Assembly (NCBI GenBank): GCA_051294905.1
Contig: CM119371.1
Coordinates: 31,250,001 to 31,314,000 of the forward strand
Reading direction: 5' to 3'
DNA from: Botryllus schlosseri
Taxonomy: Eukaryota
Length of the DNA: 64,000 nt
This document shows, piece after piece, positions 27,401 through 42,400 of the stretch (position 1 is its first letter; each line of letters begins with the position of its first letter). Under the pieces are notes generated by a model that was not told the DNA's origin, ran no database searches, and was given only the letters and a program-made list of their open reading frames with translations. The translations under genes were made by a program, and so were the position numbers.

Positions 27401-30400
27401 TGCAAAACCGGAGTAGAATTCTCAAAAACCGGTGAATTTTTCCCACTTTGTGATCGGTTGACTAAAAAAAAAGGTCATCTTTTCGCTCAGAGCTAAAATC
27501 GCCGTTTTTCACTCCGAAATACCCGCCGGAGCTTCACTTCTGTGCTAATTTGCGGCATATCACTCGCAATTTGCTCTAAATCTGACCTAAATTTTCAAAA
27601 AAGCGGGCAAAATCTCAAAAAAGAGGACAGAAGGGCGTCCTCCGAGGACACTTTCAAAAAAGTCAAAAAAGAGGACAAATCCTCTTGAAAGAGGACGTAT
27701 GGTAAGCCTATATTAACAGATATAGCACCGTGTCGACCCAAAATTATACCCTTTGCGGTCAATACTTTAATAACCTTTGAAGGGGTAAAAATTTGCGCTA
27801 CAGTAACTTGCAAATGTGAGTCTGTAATGATGGTATTTACTACTATCCTCGTGCTTCGCGCTTATCCAGCAGCTATAACGAAAATGTAATGATTGTTTAG
27901 CGAAAGAGAGCATATAAAGTCAATTTGAAGTCATTTTTCCAGCCTGTCGCAGGCTCAGACGGGCTGATATGCTGTATGTCTGGCACTATAGAGATTTAAG
28001 AGATCTCTATACTGTCACTAAACCAGCTTCCAAACCAGTCGTTTGGTTACGTAATAATTATAGTGCGGGAATATTAATTCACTACGGCTTGCGAGAGCTA
28101 CGATTAGTGGTGCGTCGTAATTAACGACAAAAGGTACAGTGACCTTAAATTTCCTATAAGGTTTATTTGAATTATTTCATGTCAGAAAAGTTAACAATTA
28201 ACCACGATTTTCATTCGCCCTTGATCCGGATTTTCATTCGCACCATTCGCACCGCCTTCGTCATTCGCACTTGATTCGGATTTTCATTCGCACTATTCGC
28301 ACCACCTTCGTCATTCGCACTGCAATTTTTTCATTCGCTCAAGTGCGAACCGTCACACAGGTTGAAAAGCACTGTTATAAAGGAATGTCATACAAATTCG
28401 ATGTCTTAATATGGTCCTATAAGTGTAGGCTGATCTTGGATACTTGCGTGAAGGACTTGCGTTTAATCTCGTGAATCTGCCATGTATTTTAACTTGCCGA
28501 CGAGAAAATGGAAGTCATTATTACCGCATTCAATGTTGTTGATCGTATAGGCTAGCTAGCTGTTGCCTCCTTCGATTACATCTGCTAGCGGACATTGCTG
28601 TAATATTATCTAGAACCAGTGAGCCATCTTCTTGTACCGAGCCGGTATTGTAATTATTATTTGAGTGGCGCAACGGAAATAAAGTTCTGAATGTTATGCT
28701 TCCACAGAAGTTTTGATTCCTTTATAACCTATACTAAACGTGATAGTTATGGCCGAATAATCATAGTGGGAGGATTGGGAATCAATCGACCAGGAGGAAT
28801 TTCCCAATGCTTTGAAGGAATGGATGAGTGAAGTGGAATCAGTTGTGGCGTATGTGGCATATTTCCCACCGTGAGGGAACTCAAGAAGCATGGGAAAGTG
28901 CAGAAACTCCCGTCACCAACTGAGCAAATTGACATTTTGAAGATTGCTTACCACAATCGTCATTCTATTTCCAAGTTTGGGCCACGGCTTGAGGAATTGG
29001 AATTAATTCTTGTTGTTCCACTTGTCAGGCGCTTGAATGCTGTGTTCTGTGACATTGGTACTGATGGCATATCTACTTGTGATATCAAACCATTAGGCCT
29101 GCTATACCCCAAATTTTGCTGTTCAAATTCGTAGCTGATTGAACCAAATCTGGAATATGTTTGTGCCTCCCTCTCTGTCACTGGCAACTCTTTTCTTGGA
29201 AAACGGATCTTCCTTTCTTTTTATATGAATAAACATATCAATTGGAATCGTTTGGTGCATTGGTTTCTTCATCTGAGTGAGAGATACCACGCATACCTTT
29301 ATGAATATGCTACATCTTTCAGGCAATAAATTTAGCTTAGGCAGAGCTCCCATTTTGAGTTGGTCTCTGGTTTTCAGCTGAATGATATCAGACTCCTCAA
29401 AGTGATTCTCGCAGATCTCGGCTCTATTGTAAATTGCCCTAGCTGTTAATTCGGTTGAAGTTGAGACAGCTGCTAGCTTACGTCTCCAGCGACGTATTGA
29501 TACGCGGATTATTCACATAGCTACATCCAGGGATAGCGCAGTTATTGACCATAATTGCAGGGGCGGTTCTATTATTTTTATCTGCCTAAGACGCGAAATG
29601 TACAACGGGATATAAGGCAATGCAATGTAGCCTAGTGAACAGAAAGGAAGATGTCAAGACGAATAAGTATAATCTTCCAATGCAACATCCACCTCGGCCT
29701 AATGCCCGATGAAACAGTGTACGATATTGATCTTTCGGAAGTGATAATATTTTCTTTGCTCTTTTTCATTCGCTTTCCGTGGGTAGGCTATCCGTTTTTT
29801 CATCGTTTGCGTATGCACAGAAAATAGTTTGGACAGTTCTGTACCGGTATCATCGGCTGTCAACGGCCACTCAATCATTACCGTATAAAGCCTTATAAAT
29901 TATAGCATTGTCTACGAGTTTACGGGATTCGAACATATAGTCGGTCGCGGAGAACTTATCGCTGAATAAGGCATTGCGGGGAATTGATTTCAGACGTGTT
30001 CTGGGTTAAGGACAGTTGTGAAATTTTTTTAGTGGGAACATATTGATGCTTTTACCGTTACATGCAAAATTTTGAACGTCTACCTCGAATATTTCCACCC
30101 TTTTTCGGCGGTCAAATTCGTCCATGTATTTCCGAAATTACCTATACTTTTACATGTAAAACAGGACAATCGGACTTTCGCGAACGGAATTTCACTACGC
30201 AAAGTCAAGCGTGACGGATCTAAACTGAGAACAATGAGTCGTCGCTCGATTCTACATTGACTTGATGAAAATTTAATGTATATTATCAGAATCAGAGCGA
30301 CTGTAGCTTTCAAATAAGATCAACTTTATTTAATTTGAGCGCTCGGGTCGTCATCTATGGGATTAGCAATTACGCTCCCGTTTCATGCTATGAAGCGACA

Positions 30401-33400
30401 ACAAATCTGCCGTTGTCGCATCACTCGACCGTGAGTCACGTGTTGCCCATCTATCCGTAGGTTAGTTATCTATAAGTTATCTATAGCCTGTTGTCGCAGA
30501 ATACCACCTTCGCTATGGACCAATGATTCTTTTTATGACGCATGAATGATGGTATTGGCGCCTCGAATATATCACTTCACGTGGCGCACTGCATGATATT
30601 GGTCGATGGTCGCTTATTATAATTTGGCTTAAATTGTTTAGTTTAGGGGCGTATTATTGTAGTTAGGGTTCTATTTGGCTTTGATGTTATTTAATTGGTA
30701 GTATTTATTTGTACTAAGAAATTGGATTGTGTTATAAATTATTTGGTCTGTTGTATAATCGCTGAGAATTTGGATCATTAAAAAACCGTACTTCACCCAA
30801 GAAGAAGCGTGTTTGAGTTTCAACCGGAGCGAAGACAGCTGACAGTGCTACGTCGTGTACTCAGATTAGGCCTGAAATTTCTGCGGTTACAGTGCCCTTT
30901 GCAATGTAAGCCGGAATCAGAATCGTGTGCTCCTCACGAAAGAAATTTGTTTCTGGTACATTTGGGCGATTCCAATATATTTCCACTAGACTGACAATCC
31001 TGATGTTGGGTCAAGAAATAACAGCATGCAACAAAGTAACTAATAACAGCTGGCCCATCCGAAGATGCATTACACTGGTCAACACAGTTTTTGTTGAATT
31101 TGATCAGGCAATTGATTTTGATTAACTTTTGGGCGCTGAATTCAAAAATGAATGCCGTTTTTCTCTACCACGTCAAGTTTTTGGGTTAGGCACCCCCCAC
31201 ATTGCCTCAAAACCCACATAATAGCACTACCGGTACTTTAATATTTTGTGTTTATTGTATAAAACGTTTCAAAAACTACAACCAGTCGAAAGTAAATCAT
31301 TAGACTTCAAATAAACATTTGGACTGCTTTATTTGGTTGATTTAAACTGATATTGCTTGTACAGGACAAATAAAGTGCGAGTTTCAGGGTCCAAATTCAC
31401 GCTGATAACACGGGTCAACACAATTTTTGTTGACTTTGATCAGACAATTGAATTTGACCAACTTTTAGGCGCTGAATTAAAAAATGACTTCCATTTTTCT
31501 CTATCACGTCAAGTTTTTGCGTTAGGCACCCCCACATTGTCTCATAACCCACATAATAGTACCACTTTTAATATTTTGTGTTTATGGTATGAAACGTTTC
31601 AAAAACTACAAGCAGTTGAAAGTAAATCAATAGACATCAATTAAACATATGCACTGCTTTATTTGGTTGGTTTAAACTTATATTGCTTCCACGGGACAAG
31701 CAAAGTGCGAGTTCTAGGGTCCAAATTTACGCTAATAACCCATAATTCTGTAGGTTGTCTAGTTTGATACTCGAGCAATGGTCAGCTAACATATGTAAGC
31801 TCCAATCTACTCTGGTATCTCATTCCCATTTTCTCCTTGCCCATCTCTGACTATGTCAAGGTTTTCAGGGAGATTATTAAGATATTTTAATTTTTTTGAA
31901 TGTCTGCTGCCCGACATACGCATATGGCAGTGGCACATGCGTATCAGGGTTGCACGTGCTGTGCATCCTTATTGTCTGACCACAAAGAACACAATATTTC
32001 AAAGCTGACACATATGATCCAGTCGTGCTCGTGATATTGCAACAATGCAATGTTTCTGTATTATTGTTTCTGTATTATTCACGAAGACTAGCTGAGGATG
32101 CAATTGTTACTGCACCTAAGACGCTGCCATTTTGGAGAATGCCACACTTTAGGATCCTTTTTGAGCTACCTATAGGCATTTGCTATTCACTTGAGTTGTA
32201 AATCGGGATTCCTAACTCCTCCAGTAATCCATGGTGACAGTATCATGCAAATACCAGTATCACGGCAATACAAAAAGCTACCGAAAGTAGTCCGACGAAG
32301 AAAAGGCCTGATTCTCCTGATCGAAACTGAGATACCTTCTCTACCTTTCCAAGTAATCTTTTCTCTCTTCTTAAGGATGGTAAAAGTTCTAAAAATATCT
32401 ATTCCAAGTCCAAAAGCTTATGTCAGATCAATAACTTGTGTTGATGGACTACTCTACGTTCTGAATCATCTTCGATTTCAAAATCTTCATCATTAGGTCT
32501 GTTATCCCTAAGATCTTCGTCTTGATCCAAATTATCGAGCATATAGCAGCTTCAAGTTACACTGGATAAGCTGAGTGGGGCATTGGACCTATAGCTGATA
32601 GTAAATGTAATGTTTATTTTTCTTGTTATATCCTGCAGTTTGCATCAAATATGTTTGTGAAATATCCTCGGATGGTTGCATCTTCAAACCAAAAATGGGT
32701 GAAAGCATCGGCCTAGATCGATACCAGTACCTTTTTTCTTAATATTTCAATTGAGCCCTTGGCTATATACAGGGTTGCCATCGACATGGACACAAAAATA
32801 AGGACAGTCGAGAAATTAGAATAGCATGAAAAGGCGTTTTCGTACATACTTTGTATTTATACGAGCCGCGGCATGTCAAACTCCATACCTTTCACCAGAA
32901 ACAATCTGCTCTTGGGCCTCCGTATAGAGTGATAAACCATTCTTCTTCACCTCGTTGTGATTGGAGGCGTCAACCAAGATGGAAAAAGGTCGTACACTAA
33001 GTTTGGACAAAATCGTTTTTTGAGCGTGTGGAGCAAGAACTCCTGCAACAATACTTGTAGTCTTGGTCTTGGCCGAAAAAAAATTATTTGCGATGTTGGA
33101 ATCGGGGAATATTGCTTTGAACAATTGCGATGTACAATCGTTGGTGAGGAATGATTGCTGGTGTTTGACAGTAGGGAATGCCCAGGTACCCTCAGCAGCA
33201 GCTGCCTTGTAGGATGTGGTCGTTGGTGCTGATCGACTTGTGGAAAATTTATTCATCGACCAGCACAAATTAAAAATTATGACACACTGATTGTATTTTG
33301 GGTTATCAATGTGAGTCGAAATAGCAGTCTTTCCTATGGCCTCCAGGGTAATGTCACAATCGCAGATATTGCAATGTGCGATATCCCACTCGCCCTTCAA

Positions 33401-36400
33401 GCTTCGTTAAAGACCTTTGAATTCGCTCTCATAAGCGTCTCGAAAAACGTTTTTTACGCGTGCTCATTCTAACTAATCAGATTTAGCCTTATTAGTAGCT
33501 AACTATATGCGCAAGTGCAATATAATTTAGATAAATTTATTAATGAATTATAGCTTTACTAGTTTTTAACCAATGTGTCGACTGCACTTCGCCTTTTTTC
33601 ACTACGCAATAAATGCTGCCTTCCCCACAGCTTGAGCTTATTCTGCTGTAGACCAAACAGCAGGAACCTGGTACTGATGTTTAGTACTAAAATGACGTCC
33701 GCTGCGTTAGCTTGGTACAGACGAAACTGCTACACTACCACTCACTGCCCTAACTATCTCACCACTTAGAAGACAAATCTTGTGGTTTGTACGTCACGAG
33801 AGTTCCTTTCATTTATGATGTCATAACATCTCAACGCAAAAGCATAATTTGAGAATATTATGCAACATACCAGAGGAACACAATCGAAATTCGGTAGTGG
33901 TCGAAAATAAGACAAAATAAGGACGCAAGTCGAAAATAAGGACATTTCTTAGAAATAAGGACAGTTGAGTTTTCTAAGACGAGGCCCTTCAAAATAAGGA
34001 CAAATCTTAGAAATAAGGACGGTATGGCAACCCTGGCTATATAACTTATTATATGGTAAAAGTGTGGATTTTATACGGCATGGAAAAGTAATATAGCTAA
34101 ATTGGTGAAACTTTTGCATATTTTGGGCAAATGTCGTAGAGCAAAAACTTGACGTGATGGAAGAAAACCAGTGGCATTTTTGGAATCAGCATGCCAAAAT
34201 TAGCCTAAATCAAGTGCAAAATCAAAGTCAACAAATTTTTGGTTCAAAATTGTTGCCCAGTGTTATCATTTAAAACTTGCCCAAAATTTTCGAAAGCACT
34301 CCTTCTATCAACTCTACGGGTGAATTTGATCACATGGGTTGAAAAAGGATAAATATTTGATAGTACTATGTGATACTAGCTGCGACGATGACAAGGCTCA
34401 GTCACTGTTCGTAACAATACCACTCGCGATTTCGGTGCGAATAATAGGCCGATCTGACAAGTTGAATAGTCCAAAGTTCACCGGAACTGGACATGGACAC
34501 TTGGACAGTTTGACATAGGTATTTTGCGTCCAGTTAGTTCATCACGGCTTCGCCCTGGAATACGGCCGTAGGCTACATAAGTAGGGTAATCGAAATGCGG
34601 TTGTGATTAGCAAAAAGGTTGTCCACCTATGCGCTAGGTGAACATCAACTTAGGAGCATGTCCCATAACCTGCCAATTCCAATCGACTGTCTTCATTAAA
34701 TTAAATCAGATAAGGAAGGAATGGCAACATTTACAATTACTGCAATGAAGTAAAAGTACTCAACACCTTCAATAAAATGTCACAACGTTTTTGAGCTAAA
34801 GACGATCGATGTGTCCTTTGTCTCATATATTTTCAATTCAAAGCAGCTACAGAATCTTAGATTAAAAGTTTAATGTGGAATATCCTAGGTATATTATAAT
34901 AAGGGCAATCTGAACCCGTATCGACAACGGTTCTAACATTGCTCGAGATGCATAATTCATCAAATTAACTCCATCTATAGAATTTACGACTTTTATTTGG
35001 TAATATTGTTTTCAATCGATTTTACTTTCAGCAAAATGAGGCTCTTCTCCAAGCCAAATTGAGAGGAGAACGAATATAATCCAAGACCCATTTGGATGTC
35101 TTGTCAATCATTGAATCAGGTAAAATGTCTGTTTTGTGAGCCATACAAATCTAAATGGACATGCAACGTCTTGTTATAAATTTCATACATAGTTACATTT
35201 TCTCCATTTCCACTGTTGCCTGTGCGTCTGACATGTCAGTTTCAAAATGGCCAAAATAACAGACCTGATTAAAGATATTTTTATTAGTCCTTTTGCTAAT
35301 CTTAGTCTTATGCCAGGGGCGGGCAACTTTTCCGGTCGGCGGGCCTGATATGGCAAAATAAAGTACTTGGTGGGCCATACATTATTCACGCATTTATCCA
35401 ACTATACAAGGAATACGTCATATTTAATGTAGTTTATAGCATAGAGACCAACAACAGTCTTTGATGAATTTATTACCCAATGTACTTTAATAGCTGTTAA
35501 AGTCAATCAGAAATCTGTGATCGATCAAAGTTGTTTCGACTCTGGGTGCATGTCGTATGTAGAAACCCTTAGTAAAGACTGCACGTGAACATCAGTTATA
35601 TTGGAACGCAGCCTTGTCTTGTTAATGTTCATGGTTGACACTGTTTGCTCGCAAATGTATGTAGAATCTAATAGAACAAGTAGTGTCATGACGATCTTTC
35701 TCAGGTTGGCAAACTTGAATTCATTCTGTGACCCATAAAATGTGTCAATACTTTCACAAAGAATTCCACTCTCATGGTAGAAACTTTTTGCGGGCCGGAG
35801 ATCCGGCCCGCGGGCCGTAAGTTGCCCGCCCCTGTCGTATGCAGTTATATGATTTTACATGTAGCTGAGCGCCTCTCTAGCGCTTCTGTAACCTACCTGT
35901 GTGAAATATTTATATTTACTTTTGCATAAAATTTAGAGTTTTCCTTGGCAAATTCAATACTTTGGTATGATCTTATTTTCAAGGAGCAGCATTTGGATTT
36001 GACCAGTGAAAAGGTGGAGCCGCCATGGCACGCCACGAATCAGGGAGTCATTAAGCCTGGGGTGCAGCTGTTGACAGGAATGTAGAAAAATGCTCCGTTG
36101 TGCAGGTAGTATGTATTGGGATTGGCACCTTTTTGAAATGCATTTGCTGCATGGAATACTGGTAAGCATCGCGGTGTTTTGTAAGTAAACTGCTATATCC
36201 TTAGATAATGAACTTCATTCTACTTTATTCTGCTGCATTCGATTATCTTCCTGATGAGGATTTTTATGATTGTTTGCTGGTAAAATCTCGCTAAAAGGAT
36301 TAACAATCCAGGAAGTATGCTACCTGTGCCGCAGTAAAATTGTTGCTAATGTCACGTGCAACTTTCCATTCCATTACCTCATTATTCTAGGAAAGACACC

Positions 36401-39400
36401 CTTCTGTCACGCACAATTCTATCCAGTGTGATATCTGTGTGAATACTAAATAGTTCACTTGTATTGCAAATTTTTCAAACAAATATCTTCTTTTCAACAG
36501 TCTTGGATTGATCTTCAAATTCATCCAACTAATGTCGACTCATAGAAAAGAGCCCCCTGGTTCTATCGTGACTGCGTTAACAGACAATGTTGACAGTGAC
36601 GTGAGGCGTCATTCGTAACGGATTTTGTACCGGTGCAGTCATCTTATGCGATAAACACGTTTGTCTCAAGAATCCATGGAAACATGTGATTCTGTCAGCC
36701 TATTTATCAATTTTATATATCACCATTGATTATGTAATGTGCTTGTTTTTTGCAGTCCTACTTTTATTAAAAACTATCTAGTAGCCTACGAACTATGCGA
36801 TATGAGCTGAAAATGGCTTGAGCTTGTCTAACTTGTGTTTAAACTATTGCTTACTGAACTATAACGGACTAGGTGAACATCAAATGGAGAGCATTTCCCA
36901 TAACCTGCTAATTCCAATTAATTGCGTTAATTAAATTCAATCAGGAAAGAAGGATTTTGAAAGATTGGCAACAGTTACAATCACTGCAATGAAGAAAAAG
37001 TACTCAACACATTCGATAAGATGTCACACAGTTTTTGTACTAAAGACGATCAATGTGTCCTTTGTCTGATATATTTTCTCGTCTAAATTCAAAGCAGCTA
37101 TCGAATCTTAGATTAAAAGTTTTATGTAAACCAAAGCCTATCATATTGGGATCAAGTCACTACCTTTGAGTCACGAGTCATTTCGATTCATTGCACATTT
37201 TGACTCGAGTCAAGTCAAGTCAATCGATTTTCAAAGGTGACTCGAGTCAAGTCACGAGTCAAGTCACAATTCAAGTCAAGTTGCCTTTTCGAAGTATGAG
37301 GCATGATAACGTCATTACATTTTGCTAGCTGTCTGAAATACAGATTGAGTGGTTATTGATTTTGAGCCGATGAACCAATATAGAGTTAGATATACACGCA
37401 AGAAGGCGCTGTATCGCTCACACATACATAGAACTGCTAAACCTCAGTTTATAGTTACCAGCCAAGATGGAGAATAGATACGAATTAATCGGATGCAATA
37501 CATGACGCATTTACAAATTGATATAATACAATTCGAGCCTGCGCAAATGGTTGAGGACTAATGAACTATATTCGAATTCAGTTTCTATAAAACAAGAGGT
37601 TTGGTTAAGGTAAAAACAGAGAACAGAAATTACTTTACTATACTAGTTTACGACAAAGTAAGCAATAAGCTTCGATCACTTCGTTTGCGGTTAATTTATT
37701 TGTGAGAGAACGATGAAGGCTCAGTAAAACCCACGATCATTAAATGATTGGTCGCTCTCACGGTTTACACCAGCGATTTGCGAACAATCCGAGCATATCC
37801 AAGATACAGTGATTTTGATCGACATTGATTACTTGATGACTTGAAATTGACTCGTGAATTTTGTTCCGAGTCACGAGTCAATCCACATTTCTGATAGGCC
37901 AAGTCAAGTCAAGTCATTTTAGCAAAGTGACTCGAGTCAAGTCAAGTCATACGAAAAAAAGACTCGAGTCAGACTCGAGTCAAGTCATGACTCGAGTCAT
38001 CCCAACACTGAGCCTATGTCAATTAATTATAATGGAAATCTGAACCCATAGGATCAACGATTCTAACCCCATCTATACAATTAATTTTACTATATTTATT
38101 GTCGGATCTTGTTTGCAATCAATGTTATTTTCAGCAAAATGAGGTTGATGAAAGTCAAATGACTTCTTCTCCAAGCCAGAATTAAGAGACAAACAAAAAT
38201 AATCCAATACCCAAATGCATGTCTTATGGAATCAGGTACCGTAATCTTTCTGTTTTGTGGGCCATACAAATTTAGATAGACCTGCAACGTTTTGCTATAA
38301 ATTTCCTTTCAAGGTTACATTTTCTGCATTTTCACTGTTGCCTGTGAGTCTGAATGTCAATGTAAATGTGAAATGGCCGAATTAAAAAAATACAGACCTG
38401 ATTTAAGGTATTTTTATTGGTCATTTTGTTAATTTTAGTCTTACTCTGTGATAGAATTTGATATGTAGCCGAACGCTTTTCCTGCACTTCTGTGACCTAC
38501 TTGTCTGAAATATTTATATTTATTTCTGCCTAAAATTTGGAATTTTCCTTGTCATATTCATAACTTTGGTATTTCATCATATTTTCAACGAGCACCACTT
38601 GGAGTGGACCAGTAAAATGATAGAGACACCATGGCACGCCACGAATCAGAGATTCATCAAGCCTGAGTTGCAGCTGATGACAAGAATATAAAAGTGCTTC
38701 AGTGACGATGGAGTATTCAGAAAGACTGTTAACATTTTGAGCTGCCATGCATTGGATTTGTCACACCCTAAAGGAGTGGTTCTCAAACCGGGGGCGTGAA
38801 AGCATTTGAAGGGGGCGCAAAGCCGCAGTCATGTGATTTTATTTTTTGCGCACGGTGCCATTTACCGCCAGCTCATAGTTATTTCTCAGTGTATAGTCAG
38901 AATTTCATATTTGGATATTCTGTCATCAACAGCCATTACCTTCCATGCCATCAAACTATCCGTTGGGATTTCTAGCATTTTTATTTTTTTTATTTATTTT
39001 ATGATAAGACGGTGAGGGATGTGAGAAATCTTTTGCTATCATAAAGGGGTCGTGTCTAAAAAAGTTTGAGAACTACGGCCCTAATGACTTCTAGATTTCA
39101 TTTTTTTGCAGCAGACTGTGGTAAGGTACAACAAAAATCTTTTCTATAAATCTGTGGAATTTCTATGGCTAGAAGACACGATTTCTTTGTTGTTTAACGT
39201 AAAAGTAATTGCCATTACCCTGATATAAATACTTCTGATACAAGAACTAGAATATTTTTGTTGCCTGATTAGCAGGGAAATTTCATTAAGAGTCAGCAAA
39301 TACATATGGTTGGCAATCATGGTAGTGATAGAGATACTGATACATTTTTTGTTTGTTTGTTAATAATGAAATTTGGAATTTACAAACCATAATTTCATCA

Positions 39401-42400
39401 GTTTTCAATAAGTTGTAATGATTTGTTTTAATCATATTTTCCGCTAATGGACGTAACCAATGAATCTGATTCCATGACCCTGTCACGAAAGTTTAAGATA
39501 CTAAATGATATTATGTTATCACTATCCCAATGCATTCGTTTTCATTCTCATGATTGAGTGAGTTGCATGATATTTGTAATGAGTTCGCTCTGAATCATTT
39601 GTGATGTTCGTGATTTCATGGACTACTCCGGAAACGGTTGCAACTGCTAATTTGATTTTATGAAACCCTGTCACAGCAGCTATTGGAAATTTGAATGTTT
39701 GCACGTATTTATTCACCCAGGTTGGGTATTATAAGTGTCATTTATTGATGAATCAATAAAATCTGATTTTATTTTGAGCCCTGCGTTCCGGTGACAGGTC
39801 AACCAGCCACTTTGAAACTGAACACTTTAAATTTAAACTCTTTGCAACACTTCTAGGCGTTCAATTTTTGGATCACGTTTCGTGTTCAATTTTCTGGGTT
39901 GAGCAACACTTCTGAACTTAGAGTGTACCGATGCACTATCATTATGATTTTTTCATGCCAACTTACCTTTCCGCATGCAATGTGTTTCATCGTCACCGTC
40001 TGGGCAATCCAACCTAGGTACATGTTATCGCATAGAAATGTATTTCAATGGGAACATGATATGATCTTGAACATTCGTTCTCTCTTTCTTAATCGTCAAA
40101 TTTGAATAGCGAGATTAGCCGAGAGTACGTTGAGCTGTATGGCGGGAATTAAACGATCTGTAATTTTCACGCCAGGCTAACAAAATGAGACGAAAATAAT
40201 TTCCTGTCATCGTGGATTATAAACCAGGTTCTGGCGTCCTATTTGAAACCTTGATGGGATAAGGGCAGGGTTGTAATGACTCGGGTCGCGATTTTTGGTG
40301 ACTCGACTTGACGCGGTAGAGAATTGAAAATAACTCGACTTGACTCAGTCAAAACTATAAAAAATGTGAGATTGATTTTCTAATTAGAAGTTATTTAAAA
40401 GAAATTTGCTGGTTCTGAAGTATTGGGGTTGGTTTAAGATATATCCTAAAACGACAGTACCACAATTGCTAGGTACGCTATACCTGTTATCGCAAACTCT
40501 AGTTGCGTTCACAAGTATTCTAGATCCAAATCCTCCATTGCCGCATCGAATTGACGGTAGATATGAATTTCCAGATACACTCGTATCTGTGACAAACATG
40601 TAATTATTGTAACCATTGATGAAATTTGCAACAATAACTTAACTTACCCCAGATGACATTGTCACAAAGTCTCGGCCGAGCTGTCGAGGGGCATAGGCAC
40701 TCGTCGGTGAGGTCACGACAATCAAACACGCCGTCGCATAACTTTGAAATCGGTAGAACGACAAATGGTTCGGACAAGCACTGGAAACACTTGTTGTCCG
40801 AACGATCTGTCGAATGATTGGACACTGTAGAACAACATTATTGAATTCCAGGTAGCGTGTTGCTTACATTTTCTGTCGCTTGGACAAATGCACTCGTCAA
40901 TATCTGCAAGAAATATTATCATTTCAAAAATCAATCTTCCAATTTTGATTGAAAGCCACCTCAAGAAAAATGTACAGGAAGTATACATTAGGGTTGGTGT
41001 GAACAAGAACGTTTCGAGGTTTGATGTAAAAAAAAAACTTGTCAGAGGTATTGGATCTATCTTGATTTGATGACCTTACTGGATACCCGATTCGGGCGTT
41101 GGCTAATGTATAACTTCTTTTTGACATAAAATATTGCGGAAGTATAGAAACCGGTGTTTAGTTCCTAAGAATAGATATGCCCGGTCTAGACCAGTTCTAG
41201 TTGCAATTTTTGGCAAAGCGACGGAACGTATTGATTTTATAGAATTATTATAGCATTTCATTGCTCCACTTGATAAATTTGGTGACATTTAAAACGTCAG
41301 CATGTACTTCAGCATTTTTGCATCATCTGCCCCGAGTCGTCGCTAGTTATTATAATATACTTGTACATTGATATATCACTTTACGGAAGTATAGGGTTGG
41401 AATCGGGAATATGACGTCACGTGACGCCATAGGTTCACGGTCGCGTTCACGCAGAACCTTGCAAAAAGGTTCGCGTTCACACGAACCCGAACCTTTCAGG
41501 GGTTTACACCAACCCTAATATACATATGCTATGCATATGCTAGTTTTAGCTAGGTCAATCATCATTTGATTTAATACAGGGTTGTCAAACATGCGGCCCG
41601 CCACACCATTTCATCCGGCCCGCAAAGCTATTCTAAAAAATGGCTGTATAATTAAGCACATTTTTTACAAATTTTGAGATTTTTTGTGCGAAATAATATC
41701 ATCAAATACTCCCTGAAGATAGCAAATGTCGAGTGTGTTGAATGGTTCATAGGCCACATTATTAACATCCTACAGTGGGGCTGTAGTTTCACTCAAGTCA
41801 CCATCCGCAAGGAAGAGCCATCCTTTACGCCCGATTCCGAGAAGGCAAAAATGCACGCTCAATTCCTAATTTTCCGGAAAAATTGATCAAAAGTAGTTAT
41901 TCACAGAAGTGAAACCGACATAGTGAGAACTCGGTATATACAGGTTACATGGAGAATATAATTGTAACAGAAATATATATTTCAAATATCTATGGACGCA
42001 TTCCCAATTTCGCGTACGACTTAACAGCACCTCTGCTTACGGAGAAACCCGAATCGCGATATAATAGTGATTAACCAGCTTTAATATATCTCTCGTATTC
42101 CTCATAACGCATACACATGATCACCCTTAAAGCTACTGTTTTAGCAGTTTATAATATCGTATTGAACCGACCATAATTCTAATTTTGCTAATTCTATTGT
42201 TCGCTAATAAAGGTGTCGCTAGAGTAGGGCCCTATCATCTGCTATACTGTAATATATCATTGTGTAGGCCTAATAATTGAATATTCAAACAACAAACAGG
42301 GGGTATGGAATTTTAATCATTTAAATGGTTCGGCCCGCGAGCGATCAGATGGTTTGAATCCGGCCCGCGACGTAATTTGAGTTTGACACCCCTATGTGTT

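Larger units (their letters stand above)
34634..38750. repeat. Diverged direct duplication (~34634-36115 vs ~36869-38715), each copy carrying a different MITE
   Basis: CTAGGTGAACATCAA...CATGGCACGCCACGAATCAG is colinear in both copies. Confidence 0.85.
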
